Below are positions 18,752 through 28,470 of a DNA stretch of 64,000 nucleotides, piece by piece. Where the stretch lies: contig CAVYTJ010000023.1 in the NCBI GenBank assembly GCA_963771325.1, positions 11,963 to 75,962 of the forward strand, written 5' to 3'. Every line of letters starts with the position of its first letter. Position 1 is the stretch's first letter. The notes under the pieces are model-generated. The model did not search any database. It had not been told where the DNA came from and was given only the letters and a program-made list of their open reading frames with translations. A program made the translations under genes and the position numbers. Origin of the DNA: an uncultured delta proteobacterium (GTDB lineage: Bacteria; Desulfobacterota; Binatia; Binatales; Binataceae).

Positions 18752-20536
18752 CTATCTGGTCGCATTGGGACCATTGATGTCCCATTCGCGCTTGAAGTTC
18801 GAGATCGGCACCAAATCGCCCTGCGGATCGACGAGCGCAAGATCGTCGGGATCCAACCGTGGAGGTTCGCTCGCGCCCGGGTCCGTTACCGACTCGAGGC
18901 CGCCCTCCGGCTTGATGAATCCGACGTGCATCTCGCTGTAGTAGACCAGCGTCGGCAGCTCCACGCCGGCGAAATAGAGCTGGCCGCCGTCGCGTAGCGC
19001 CGCGGTGGTCCGCGCCTCGAGCCCCATCGTATAGCTCGGCGTGCTGCGCAGGCGCTCGCGATGATGCGTGAGCGCGATCACGCGCCATCGCACCGGCGCA
19101 CGAACAAGTATCAGCGCCAGCGCCAGCGCGCCCAAGCCGGTCAGCGCCGCTCTCATCGGACCGCGATATTCCAGCGCACGCGCGGCCAGCGTTCCCGCCA
19201 GCAGCGCCGTCGGCACAAACGTCGGCAGGATATACCACGGCAGTTTGGTTTGCACCGCGCAGGCCGCGCCCAAGGCGACAACAAGCCACACGATCCAGAG
19301 GCTCGCCGCAGGCCAGAGCTTCGTCGCAGACCAGGCATTCGTCGCAGGATTGGTCCACCTCCAGCGGCTCGCCCCCGTCGCGAGCGCCCCTTGCACCCGT
19401 CGGTGCCGCATCACGATAGCGAACGCGCCCGCAGGCAGGATGAGCGGCCAAAGAAAATAAATCTCCTCAAAGAAGCCGCGCAGCGTGTACCATCCGGGAT
19501 GGGTCTCGTCTTCGAGATGCTGCGCGACGCGGGCGAGCGTTTCGTGATGGACGAAGCTGCTCCAGAAGAGCGGATTGTACGACGCCTCGTAGAGGTACCA
19601 GGGCGCCGCCACCGCCACCGCGCATCCGAAAATGATCGTGAGACCGGCGATACCGATCGCCTCGAAGCCCGGCAGCACGAATGCGGCCAACGGCGCGATG
19701 ATGAGCGGAATAGTACCGGCCAGCCCCTTGCTCAGGATCGCGAGACCGCTGGCCACCCCGGCCAGCGCGCAAAAGCGCCGGTCCTCGCGCGCGCGCAATA
19801 TCGCATAGAGGGCGAGGGTCAGGAAAAAAAGCAGTGGCGCGTCGGTCGCGCAGTCGCGTCCGCCGCGAGCGACGAAGAAATAAAATTGCAGCGGCGCCAG
19901 CGCAGCCAGCGTACCGGCCAGCCGTCCGGCAGCGCCCGCGCCGGTAAGATAAATCAGCAGCAGCGTCGCCAGTCCGGCGACAACCGAGGGCAGCCGTGCC
20001 GCGAACTCGCTTTCTCCGAGCACCTTGAATGAACCGATCAGCGCCCAGAACAACAGCGGCGGTTTTTTGACGTAGCCTTGTCCGTTCCAGGTGAAGTCGA
20101 GGTATTTATGGTTGGCGATCGCCTCGTGAGCCACTTCGGCGTAGGTCGCCTCGTCCCAGTCGACCAGCGGGGCCGCGGTCATCCCCGAACCAAGCGCGAG
20201 TCCGCCAAGCGCGAGGATTAGGATCAGCTCAAACCTGAACCTCAATATCCGTACCAGCGCGCCTGATGCGCTGGGGCGGCAAAGGCCTGGTGTAACGCCG
20301 TCCTCGCGCATCATACCGTTTTCATGCGCCACGCTGCCTGGACGGTCGCCCGGCGCGGTCGCGATATTGGGGGCGGCGTTTGCGCTCTTTTCCATGTTCC
20401 GGACAGGCTGCGGCGCTGGAGGCTGACCGTCATCCTCACACTCACATACGCATATCGGTGCTATTGGTTTCATCATACGGGCGCGTTTCAATCGAGGCAA
20501 TTCGGCCCGCGCGCCTGATCGTACGAAACAGGGCAA
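18752..20536 (-). CDS. GT39/ArnT-like glycosyltransferase (polytopic membrane protein)
   Basis: WDEATYAEVAHE...KPPLLFW loop motif followed by many TM helices. Start codon uncertain; the first about 90 aa are probably not translated. Confidence 0.75.
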   Translation of the reverse strand: MPCFVRSGARAELPRLKRARMMKPIAPICVCECEDDGQPPAPQPVRNMEKSANAAPNIATAPGDRPGSVAHENGMMREDGVTPGLCRPSASGALVRILRFRFELILILALGGLALGSGMTAAPLVDWDEATYAEVAHEAIANHKYLDFTWNGQGYVKKPPLLFWALIGSFKVLGESEFAARLPSVVAGLATLLLIYLTGAGAAGRLAGTLAALAPLQFYFFVARGGRDCATDAPLLFFLTLALYAILRAREDRRFCALAGVASGLAILSKGLAGTIPLIIAPLAAFVLPGFEAIGIAGLTIIFGCAVAVAAPWYLYEASYNPLFWSSFVHHETLARVAQHLEDETHPGWYTLRGFFEEIYFLWPLILPAGAFAIVMRHRRVQGALATGASRWRWTNPATNAWSATKLWPAASLWIVWLVVALGAACAVQTKLPWYILPTFVPTALLAGTLAARALEYRGPMRAALTGLGALALALILVRAPVRWRVIALTHHRERLRSTPSYTMGLEARTTAALRDGGQLYFAGVELPTLVYYSEMHVGFIKPEGGLESVTDPGASEPPRLDPDDLALVDPQGDLVPISNFKREWDINGPNATR

Positions 20537-20624
20537 GCAACGGCCCGACCTGGCAGAGAACTCGCGCGAGGCCGGGCCGTTGGTTCAAATTAACTTAAAG
20601 TTAGCGGACCAGGTTTCACGCGGC

Positions 20625-21503
20625 CTAGACTTTGGCGGCCGGCTCGACCCAATCGCGCGCGATCTGTTCCATCTTGGCGATCATGTCGCGCTCGCTGGAA
20701 GGCGGGCTGAACTCGATCAGCCCGAGTTCATCGACGCCGATGTCACGATAGCGCTTGAGGTCGTCGCGCGTGATTGGCTTGGTGTAAGGCGAAAGCGCCA
20801 TATAAATCTCCGAGCGTTTGCGCCCCGCCGCTTTGATCAACTGGTCGAGGTGCTTCATCTTGTCCGCCGCCTCGGCGGGCGAAAGGTTGAAGCCGCACCA
20901 TCCGTTGCCGTAATCCGCAACGCGCTTGAGCGCGGGGCCGCTCTCGCCGCCGAACCATATCGGCACCTCGCCGCGGACCGGCTTGGGATAGCTGCGAACG
21001 TGGTCGAACTTGTAGAACTCGCCCTTGTAGCTGCTGTGCGCGTCGCGCCACAGACAGCGCATCGCGTCGATACACTCGCGCGTGCGCTGCGCGCGCCGCT
21101 CCCACGGCACCCCGACCGCGTTGAACTCCTCCTCCAGCCATCCGACGCCGACGCCGAGCGTAAAGCGCCCGCCGCTTAGCTGATCGAGCGTCGCGACCAC
21201 CTTGGCCAACACCACCGGGTTATGCTCGGGCACCAGGCAAATCCCGGTGACCAGCTTGACGCGCGAGGTGTAGGCCGCCGCGTACGCGAGCGTGGTGAAC
21301 GGATCGGCGAAAGCCGTATCGGCCGGCAGCGGGAACTCGCCTTTCGAGTAGGGATACTTGGAGATGTGCTTGTCGAGCAGCACCACGTGCTCGGGCGCCC
21401 ATACGGTGGAAAAGTTCAGCCGTTCGGCATTCACGGCGACGGTCTTTACCAGGTCGGGCCGCGACAGATGGCCGATTCCGACGGCGAAAAAGCCTATCTT
21501 CAT
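20625..21503 (-). CDS. LLM-class (luciferase-like) F420-dependent oxidoreductase
   Basis: MKIGFFAVGIG...FSTVWAPEHVV...GGRFTLGVGVGW, typical of luciferase-like monooxygenase-family F420 enzymes. Confidence 0.85.
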   Translation of the reverse strand: MKIGFFAVGIGHLSRPDLVKTVAVNAERLNFSTVWAPEHVVLLDKHISKYPYSKGEFPLPADTAFADPFTTLAYAAAYTSRVKLVTGICLVPEHNPVVLAKVVATLDQLSGGRFTLGVGVGWLEEEFNAVGVPWERRAQRTRECIDAMRCLWRDAHSSYKGEFYKFDHVRSYPKPVRGEVPIWFGGESGPALKRVADYGNGWCGFNLSPAEAADKMKHLDQLIKAAGRKRSEIYMALSPYTKPITRDDLKRYRDIGVDELGLIEFSPPSSERDMIAKMEQIARDWVEPAAKV

Positions 21504-21687
21504 AATTCTCTCCTTTGAAAAGACCTCTTGTCTTGCGCAAAAGGGATTGTCCTTTGAAACGCGCTTGCTCCCTCATAGCACAGAGCGGCATTTTGTACCC
21601 GTCGCCGTTTGTAATTCGTCCAGTTGACAATACTTGCGCCATGGACAATCAAGCGCTCATGCCCTGGGCGGGGCCTGCGCGCGCCCG

Positions 21688-22068
21688 CTACCGTATCAGC
21701 ACGAGATAGGCGGCCAACCCCAATCCCAGGCACGCGAGAGTAAGGGCGACGGCAATCGCGGAGGCCGAGGGCTGGCCGAGCTTATCTCCGCGGTTGAGCC
21801 TGCCGACGAGGCGGACGTAATTTATCGACGCGGCGACATTGACCACTACTCCGAGCAGCAGCAGCCCGGTCCCCATCCACAACGAAGCGCCGGTGGACTC
21901 CAACCGCAAATTATGGGTGGTCATCGCGATCACGCGCAGGAACATCAGGCCAAACTGCGCAACCACGAAGCCGAATCCCATCAAGGCAAGGCCCGTTCGG
22001 ATCCAGGCGAGAAAGGTCCGCTCGGCGGCCAAATAGTCACTCGGAGAAGCGATTCCTCCTTCCGCCAT
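21688..22068 (-). CDS. DUF202 (YidH-like) membrane protein
   Basis: YLAAERTFLAWIRTGLALMGFGF signature plus three TM helices. Confidence 0.8.
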   Translation of the reverse strand: MAEGGIASPSDYLAAERTFLAWIRTGLALMGFGFVVAQFGLMFLRVIAMTTHNLRLESTGASLWMGTGLLLLGVVVNVAASINYVRLVGRLNRGDKLGQPSASAIAVALTLACLGLGLAAYLVLIR

Positions 22069-22105
22069 CGCCCGCCCTCTTGCGCACCCGTTCGCGAATA
22101 GTCAA

Positions 22106-24268
22106 TTAGTCTCCTACTGCTTCGATTTCGACCAGGTTGTCGGAGAACGTCGGCGCGTTGCCGAGATCGGCGAGCACGGACGAATTCGCGGCGTTGACCG
22201 TGCTGTTGGAGCGGCTGAACTTGCGCCAATATCCCAGGGGCGCGACCACCACGCCCGGCCGCACGGCGTCGCTCACATGCGCCAGTGCCTTGAACGAGCC
22301 GCGGTCGTTGAAGACTCGCACTACTCGCGCCTCCGCGATACCGCGCCGAGCGGCGTCCTCGGGATGAAGCGTCACGCCCGGCTCGCCCGCGATTCGGCGC
22401 TGATGCGGCATGTTCGCGTAGCATGAATTCAGAAAGGCGTGAGACTTGGGCGAGATGATATTCAGCGGATAGCGCGCCGCCAGCGCAGGGTTGGTTTGGG
22501 CCGACTCCCGCGGCGCAATATAGCTCGGGACCGGATCGACCGCGGGGCCTGGCTCGAATCGGGTCGACCCCTGGCGAAAAAGCGGCAGCACGAAATTCCC
22601 CCGCGCGGCCATCGACGAGACGAACTCGGTCTTTCCCGACGCGGTCGGGAACCTGCCCTCGGCGTGCGGAGCAAACGTATCCGGCGTACCGACTTTAAGC
22701 CGCGCGTATCCGTCGCGCTTGAGCACGCCGAGGTCGACGCCGCTTAGCGCGGGCGCGGCCCAGTCGATAATCGCGAGCACCGTTTCCTCGTCGGTGCGCT
22801 TGAAGCATGCGTCGTCAAAGCCCATCCGCGCCGCCAGCCGCCGGAACATCTCGGTGTTCGGGACAGCCTCGCCGAGCGGCGAGATCGCCGGCATGTTGAG
22901 CGTGAGATACAAATGTCCCCAGGAGAACATCAGGTCGAACTGCTCGAGCTGAGTCGTCGCGGGCAGGACGATATCGGCAAATTCGGCGGTGTCGGTGATG
23001 AACTGTTCGCTCACGACCGTGAACAGATCCTCGCGCGAGAGGCCGGCGACGATTCGATCCTGATCGGGCGCCACTACCATCGGGTTCGAGTTGTAGACGA
23101 ACAGCGCCTGTATAGGCGGCGCCAGATCGATTCCGCCGGTCAGCGCCGCGCCCAGGTGATACTGGTTGATGTGGCGCGTGCCGGGCCGGATGAAGTCCGG
23201 GCGCATCAGTACCTCGTATTTCACCGGGAAGGCGAAGTTCGGCATGAAGACCAGGCCGCCGCCGGGCTTGCGCCACGCGCCCACCAGCGCGGGCAGGCAT
23301 GAGATGGCGCGTACGCATTGGCCGCCGCCGGCCTGGCGCTCGATCCCGACGCCGAAGCGAATCGCGGCGGGCTGCGTGCGCGCGTATTCGCGCGCGAGTT
23401 GCACGATATCCGCGGCGGGAATCCCGGTGATGCTGGAAACCCGCTCGGGTGGATATTCCCGCGCGCGCTCCTTCAGCTCCGGGTAACCGACTGTGTATTT
23501 TTCTATATAGTCATTGTCGGTCAGGTTCTCATTGATGATTACGTTGATCATTCCCAGCGCCAGCGCGCCGTCGGTGCCGGGCCGGATCGGGATATGCCAG
23601 TCGGCCTCCTGAGCCGTGCGATTGCGCATCGGGTCGATCACCACCACCTTCGCGCCGCGGCGCCGAGCCTCCGCGATAATCGGCCACAGGTGAAGGTTGG
23701 TGCTGATTACGTTGCAGGCCCAGATGACGATGTAGCGGGAGTGAACGAGGCTCTCGGGGTCGGTACCCGGGGTGGGGCCAACCGTCATCATATATCCGGT
23801 GATAGCGCCGGAGGCGCAGAAGGTTCGCTCACTTATCGACGCCCCGAGCCGGTTGAAGAACGCGTCGCCGACGTTGAGGCCGTTGAGCAGGCCCTCGGTG
23901 CCGAGATAGCTGTAGGGCAGGATCGCCTGCGGGCCGTGCTCGGCGATGATTGCTTTGAAGCGGCTCGCGATCTCGTCCAGCGCGGCGTCCCATCCAATCC
24001 GCTCGAAGTTGCCGCTCCCCTTGGCGCCAACGCGCCGCAGCGGATACAGTACGCGCTCGGGGCTGTAGACGCGCTCGACGTAGTCGTTGACCTTGACGCA
24101 GAGCGCGCCGCGGGTGAACGGATGCTCGGGGTCGCCACGCACTTCGAGGGCACGGCCGTCCACGACCGTAACCAGCATCGCGCAGGTATCGGGACAGTCG
24201 TGCGGACAGGCTCCGCGGACTATCGTTTTTACGGAGTCCGTTCTGGCGGCGGCATGCGTTCGAGGCAT
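22106..24268 (-). CDS. molybdopterin-dependent oxidoreductase (MopB superfamily)
   Basis: N-terminal 4Fe-4S motif CPHDCPDTC...C. About 720 aa with MopB-like core and a C-terminal beta-barrel (VTLHPEDAARRGI). Confidence 0.9.
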   Translation of the reverse strand: MPRTHAAARTDSVKTIVRGACPHDCPDTCAMLVTVVDGRALEVRGDPEHPFTRGALCVKVNDYVERVYSPERVLYPLRRVGAKGSGNFERIGWDAALDEIASRFKAIIAEHGPQAILPYSYLGTEGLLNGLNVGDAFFNRLGASISERTFCASGAITGYMMTVGPTPGTDPESLVHSRYIVIWACNVISTNLHLWPIIAEARRRGAKVVVIDPMRNRTAQEADWHIPIRPGTDGALALGMINVIINENLTDNDYIEKYTVGYPELKERAREYPPERVSSITGIPAADIVQLAREYARTQPAAIRFGVGIERQAGGGQCVRAISCLPALVGAWRKPGGGLVFMPNFAFPVKYEVLMRPDFIRPGTRHINQYHLGAALTGGIDLAPPIQALFVYNSNPMVVAPDQDRIVAGLSREDLFTVVSEQFITDTAEFADIVLPATTQLEQFDLMFSWGHLYLTLNMPAISPLGEAVPNTEMFRRLAARMGFDDACFKRTDEETVLAIIDWAAPALSGVDLGVLKRDGYARLKVGTPDTFAPHAEGRFPTASGKTEFVSSMAARGNFVLPLFRQGSTRFEPGPAVDPVPSYIAPRESAQTNPALAARYPLNIISPKSHAFLNSCYANMPHQRRIAGEPGVTLHPEDAARRGIAEARVVRVFNDRGSFKALAHVSDAVRPGVVVAPLGYWRKFSRSNSTVNAANSSVLADLGNAPTFSDNLVEIEAVGD

Positions 24269-24383
24269 CGTGGATGACTCCTTTTGGGCTCGTCCCGGCC
24301 GGCTTGGGAAGACGCGTCAGGACTCGCAGAAGCCATAATCGGCTGGCCTTATCGTCCTTGCAAGGACTGGGATACGTGCGAGA

Positions 24384-24650
24384 ATGCCAAAGAGCCGGCC
24401 TATGAGCACTTCAAAACGTCCGTCCGCCGTCCGCAAATCGAAAACTTCCACGAACCCTGATCGGTCGAAAGCTCCACTGCTCAGATGTCCCGCGTGCCAC
24501 TCGGACCGCGTGCGTCCCATCGTCTATGGATTACCGGGCGAAGAACTGATACAGGAAGCGTCGCGCGAGCGCGTAGTGCTCGGCGGCTGCACGATCATCG
24601 AGGACGATCCTCGGCTGGCCTGTCTGAATTGCGATCATCGATGGAGCTAG
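24384..24650 (+). CDS. small zinc-ribbon protein, hypothetical
   Basis: 88 aa with paired CPAC...CLNC; basic disordered N-terminus. Confidence 0.5.
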   Translation: MPKSRPMSTSKRPSAVRKSKTSTNPDRSKAPLLRCPACHSDRVRPIVYGLPGEELIQEASRERVVLGGCTIIEDDPRLACLNCDHRWS

Positions 24651-24707
24651 CCCAACCGATGCGCGGCTGAGCAGGTTTCAGCAAGCCGGCCGCTGAACTT
24701 TGCTTTG

Positions 24708-24739
24708 AAACAATTACTGCAACAGCGGCACAATTGTTT
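24708..24739 (+). promoter_or_regulatory. inverted repeat AAACAATT-N16-AATTGTTT (possible enhancer/UAS)
   Basis: Perfect 8-bp arms located about 75-110 nt upstream of the -24 element at 24815. Confidence 0.35.
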
Positions 24740-24814
24740 GCAATATGTCGGTAATTGGCGAAGTTTCGTGATACAAGAGACTATAGAAAACCTGTGGCCA
24801 TTAAAGACGGCATT

Positions 24815-24830
24815 TGGCATAGCTGTTGCC
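24815..24830 (+). promoter_or_regulatory. sigma-54-type -24/-12 promoter
   Basis: TGGCAT-AGCTG-TTGCC matches the TGGCAC-N5-TTGC consensus with correct GG-to-GC spacing. It lies about 60 nt upstream of the ATG at 24890, in an AT-richer spacer. Confidence 0.5.
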
Positions 24831-24889
24831 TTAGGAAAGTACCGCCGAGCGCGAGCGCATCGAAATAGCGACAGTTTTAGGAAAGCCGG

Positions 24890-25357
24890 ATGAAAATATT
24901 CCACATCGCAGCATGGCTGGCCCTCACCGCAACGTTCATTGCTAGCAGCGCGCAAGCGCAGGTGCTCAACGGCAAATACGGCGGAGAGGGCGAAGGCACC
25001 GACGTCAACGGGGCGGTGCTACATCAGGTTACTAAATGGACGTTCAAACAGGGGAAGCTCGTCGCGTTCGAGGAGATAATCAGCTTCGCAAATTCCGTTG
25101 GCGTTTCGGCCTGCGATTTTGTTCCCAGTACGCCCGCGCCCTACCCGTACTCGACCGGCGCTCCAGCCAGCGACCCTATCATCATGATCGGATTCGGCTG
25201 TCCCAACCCGTCGACCAATGAGCGCCCCGAGGCGTTGGTCATCATTCCCGAGCGCAGCGCCACGCAATTTTCCTACCTGGAGTACAGCGTATTTTCCGCG
25301 CAGGCGTTCGACGTAGACCCATCAGCCCATTTCTCCGGCCACGCCTTAAGCCGGTAG
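24890..25357 (+). CDS. secreted hypothetical protein
   Basis: Clear signal peptide MKIFHIAAWLALTATFIASSAQA/Q. AGGAAAG Shine-Dalgarno-like sequence upstream. No recognisable family. Confidence 0.6.
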   Translation: MKIFHIAAWLALTATFIASSAQAQVLNGKYGGEGEGTDVNGAVLHQVTKWTFKQGKLVAFEEIISFANSVGVSACDFVPSTPAPYPYSTGAPASDPIIMIGFGCPNPSTNERPEALVIIPERSATQFSYLEYSVFSAQAFDVDPSAHFSGHALSR

Positions 25358-25400
25358 TTTGCGCCAAAAAACAAGACTCTGCGGTCAGTCTCGCGAGCGT

Positions 25401-25478
25401 TGGCGTCCCCGACGGGATTTGAACCCGTGTTACCGACGTGAAAGGCCGGTGTCCTAGGCCGAGCTAGACGACGGGGAC
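25401..25478 (-). tRNA. tRNA-Glu (anticodon UUC)
   Basis: Hand fold. Acceptor GTCCCCG/CGGGGAC, anticodon arm CCGGC-CTTTCAC-GTCGG, T arm ACGGG-TTCAAAT-CCCGT, encoded GCCA end. Close to the E. coli tRNA-Glu layout. Confidence 0.9.
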
Positions 25479-25601
25479 TGTAAACCTGGGCTGAGGCGGC
25501 GCGCCTCGCGTGCGCGACCGTCCGCCGAAGCTATCAGAGCCGCAAGAAACGGAGCAAGTAGCTCTTAGCCAGTGATGGCGGAAGGCGCTTGGGCCGCTAA
25601 G

Positions 25602-26447
25602 TTAGCTCTCGAAGTGCGCCTGGCCGAGGATCTCGTTCACCGAGCGTTTGCCGCCCTTCTCGAGCATCCCGTCCAGTTCGCGGTCGATACGGCCGAGCGC
25701 GCCCGCGCCTTCCTTCATCAGCGCCGATCCGACGCCGACCGCCTTGGCGCCGGTGAGATGCGCGACATACGCGTCGCGTCCGGTGTTGACTCCGCCCACC
25801 GCCACGACGTCGTACGCGCCGCCGCCAAGCCGCCAGAACGCATGCGCCTGCGAGAGCGGACGCGCGGCGCCCTTGATCCGGCCCGTGGCGATATCGATCT
25901 CAAGGTCCTTGGGCAGGTCGTTGGCGCATACCGCTACGCCGACGCCGGTCTCCTTCAGCAGTTCGGCGATCGCCCCGGCCTCGAGCGCACCCGGTTTGGG
26001 CGGCAGCTTGACGGCGAGCGCAGCGGCGATCTCGCCGCGCACCCGCCCGATCAGCGCGTTGAGCCGTTCGCGAGAGGCGAACGGCGCGACCGAGTTCATC
26101 ACGTAGTCATCGGCGAGGTTGAGTTCGACGATTTTTACCCCCGCGCGGTCGAGGATGCTCGCGACCTTGACGATCTCGTCCTCCGTGTTGCCGACCACGC
26201 TGGCGATGATCATCTTGTTGCGCGGCACGAGTTCGCGCGCGATCGCGGCGAAATGTTCGACGCCACGGTTCTTCAAATTCTCCGGCGCTTCGAGCCCCGC
26301 GATATTGCACGACTTGAACACCAGGGCGCCCTGATGCCGCGCGCTCAGTTCGTAGATTTCGCCGCGCTCGGCCGAGTGCGGCCCCGACGCGTTCATGACC
26401 GAAGAGCTCAGTTCCACGCCGCCAAGACGAATCGCCGTCCGTTCCAT
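25602..26447 (-). CDS. dihydroorotate dehydrogenase-like TIM-barrel protein (divergent)
   Basis: Class-1 DHOD-like N-terminus (VMNASGP) and C-terminal FMN-phosphate loop (VGGVNTGRDA...GAKAVGVGSAL). The usual catalytic-loop region reads ELNLADDYV. Confidence 0.7.
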   Translation of the reverse strand: MERTAIRLGGVELSSSVMNASGPHSAERGEIYELSARHQGALVFKSCNIAGLEAPENLKNRGVEHFAAIARELVPRNKMIIASVVGNTEDEIVKVASILDRAGVKIVELNLADDYVMNSVAPFASRERLNALIGRVRGEIAAALAVKLPPKPGALEAGAIAELLKETGVGVAVCANDLPKDLEIDIATGRIKGAARPLSQAHAFWRLGGGAYDVVAVGGVNTGRDAYVAHLTGAKAVGVGSALMKEGAGALGRIDRELDGMLEKGGKRSVNEILGQAHFES

Positions 26448-26635
26448 TTCCTAACTCTCCAAAGGCTGCTTCGACCTCCTTCCTACAGCGCGCATGCGCC
26501 ACGGGCAAGCCGAACGATACGCTCCCGCGCGGCGCCCACGGGGCGCAGTTGTGGCGGCGCGGCGGAGCGGCTAAGTTTTCCACAGGTGGGCGTTTGACTC
26601 CGCGCATAAAAAGCCGGCGCCAGCCGAAAGCCCTG

Positions 26636-27160
26636 ATGAAACCGGTCACCATCCGCAAAGCCAACTTCGATCGGATCGTCGCGCAGGCCGAGCGCGAATT
26701 CCCCTTCGAGTGCTGCGGTTTCATTATCGGCAGCGACGCCGAGCCCGCGCGGCCCCCTGTGGTCGCCCGGCCAGGAATCGAGGGCGCCGGCGCGATCGAG
26801 GAAGTCCGCCCGATAACCAATATCCAGAATCTCAAGCACGCCGAAGATCCGATTGCCTTTGCGCGCGACGCGCGCACGGCCTTCCTGATGGAGCCGCGCG
26901 AGCATCTGGCGGTGATGAATGAAATCGACCGCCGCCGCCTCAACCTCAGCGCCGTCTATCATTCGCATCCCGACCACGACGCATACTTCTCGGCGACCGA
27001 CCGCGCTCAGGCCTGCTCGTTCGACCCGGGCGAACCCGACTATCCCGACACGGTCTATATCGTGATTTCGGTGCGCGCAGGAAAGTTCGCGCGGGCCGCG
27101 GCCTTCCGATGGGACTCCGCGAGCAAAGATTTCGCCGAGGCGGAATTGGTAACTATTTAA
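26636..27160 (+). CDS. JAB/MPN (Mov34, JAMM) metalloprotease
   Basis: E-CCGF...HSHPDHDAYFSATD is the JAMM motif (E...HxHx7Sx2D). Start set at MKPVTIRK. Confidence 0.85.
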   Translation: MKPVTIRKANFDRIVAQAEREFPFECCGFIIGSDAEPARPPVVARPGIEGAGAIEEVRPITNIQNLKHAEDPIAFARDARTAFLMEPREHLAVMNEIDRRRLNLSAVYHSHPDHDAYFSATDRAQACSFDPGEPDYPDTVYIVISVRAGKFARAAAFRWDSASKDFAEAELVTI

Positions 27161-28470
27161 GACCCGGGCAGGGTCTCGCGCGAGGCGGCCTCAAGCGTCA
27201 TCCCGCGCGTCTCGTCGATAAAAATCGCGTACAGCAGCGCGCCCGGCAATCCGAACAGCGCGAGATAGCCAACCACGACGGAGAGTCCGCCGAGCGGACC
27301 CGCGAGCAGCGCGACGGAGCTATGCGCGGCGAGCGCGCCGAGCGAGTTGGTGATCGAGATCCATCCGATAATCGTCCCGCGCAGCGCCGTGGGAAAAAGT
27401 TCGGTCACCGCCGAGTTGGCCGCGACCGTCAGCCCATTGACCATCACCATGCGCCACGCAAATCCGGCGCCCAGCCATAGCGCGGGCGACGCGAAATGCG
27501 CCGGCGGGCCCCAGTAGTACCAGAGCGCGCCCATCGCGGCGAGCGGCCACATCACGGACACCGTCCGCACCCGTCCGAAATATTCGCTCGACCACGCACC
27601 GCACCCAAAGCCGGCGAGACCGATACCGCCGCCGGCCAGGATGAGCATGCTGGTGATGGCCGGCGACAGATGCACCACCGTGACCGCGTGGAAATATGAC
27701 CAACTGTCCGTGGCGGTGGCCGCGGTCGCGCCGAACAGCGAGCAGATGAGTATCACCACGGAGCGGCGGCGATACGCCGGATTGAAGACCGCGTAAAAAC
27801 TGGTTCCCGCCGCAACCCCAGCCGCCGCCGCGCGCTCCCATCGACGGCTCTCCGGCACCAGGCGCAGCATCGTCGGCCAGAGCGCAATCCCGAGCGCCGA
27901 AATCCCGAACAGCAGCCGCCAACTATAGGTGCTGCGCGCCAACAGCGGCATCACCAGGATGCAAAGCCCGGCGCCGAGTGAGCCCGCCAGCGCGGCGTAG
28001 CTCTGGCCCTTGGCGCGATCGTCGACCGCCAACTCCTCGGCCAGCATCACGATTCCGCTCGCGATCGTCGCGCCCAGGAACGCGAACATGAAGATCGACG
28101 AGACGATAAGCCATCCGACGTGCGGCGCGAGCGCCGCGCCGAGCGCGCTCAGCGGCGTTCCGAGCATCGACCACAGCACCACGCGCCGACGCCCGACCCG
28201 GTCCACCATCCGCGACAGCGCCAGCGCGCCGAACGCGCTTAGCGATACCCACGCAAAGGTCCTCGCGATCCCGGATTGGTCGAGGCCGAAGCTCCTGGCG
28301 ATCCACGGCGCGCCGGTGCCCAGGATCGCAATCGTGAAGCCCTGGTAGAGCATCAACGCGACGACGCATCGGATGACGCGCCGGCTGCGCGCCGCGGCGT
28401 CCGCCTCTGAGAGCGGCGATACGCCCGGCGGCAATTGAGCTTCGTCCATGGGCGCGGCGATATCAGGCAC
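27157..28470 (-). CDS. MFS transporter
   Basis: About 12 predicted TM helices; the MVDRVGRRR loop 2-3 motif is typical of MFS. Confidence 0.85.
   Translation of the reverse strand: MPDIAAPMDEAQLPPGVSPLSEADAAARSRRVIRCVVALMLYQGFTIAILGTGAPWIARSFGLDQSGIARTFAWVSLSAFGALALSRMVDRVGRRRVVLWSMLGTPLSALGAALAPHVGWLIVSSIFMFAFLGATIASGIVMLAEELAVDDRAKGQSYAALAGSLGAGLCILVMPLLARSTYSWRLLFGISALGIALWPTMLRLVPESRRWERAAAAGVAAGTSFYAVFNPAYRRRSVVILICSLFGATAATATDSWSYFHAVTVVHLSPAITSMLILAGGGIGLAGFGCGAWSSEYFGRVRTVSVMWPLAAMGALWYYWGPPAHFASPALWLGAGFAWRMVMVNGLTVAANSAVTELFPTALRGTIIGWISITNSLGALAAHSSVALLAGPLGGLSVVVGYLALFGLPGALLYAIFIDETRGMTLEAASRETLPGS

Noticed and set aside
20538-20582. CAACGGCCCG...CGGGCCGTTG 10-bp stem downstream of the LLM gene as a terminator.
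   Set aside because: The loop is about 25 nt and there is no T-run on the transcribed strand. Too weak to annotate.
21626-21641. Sigma-54-like TGGCGC-N5-TTGTC upstream of the F420-dependent LLM gene (minus strand).
   Set aside because: The -12 element has GT instead of the invariant GC. No upstream enhancer-like repeat was convincing.
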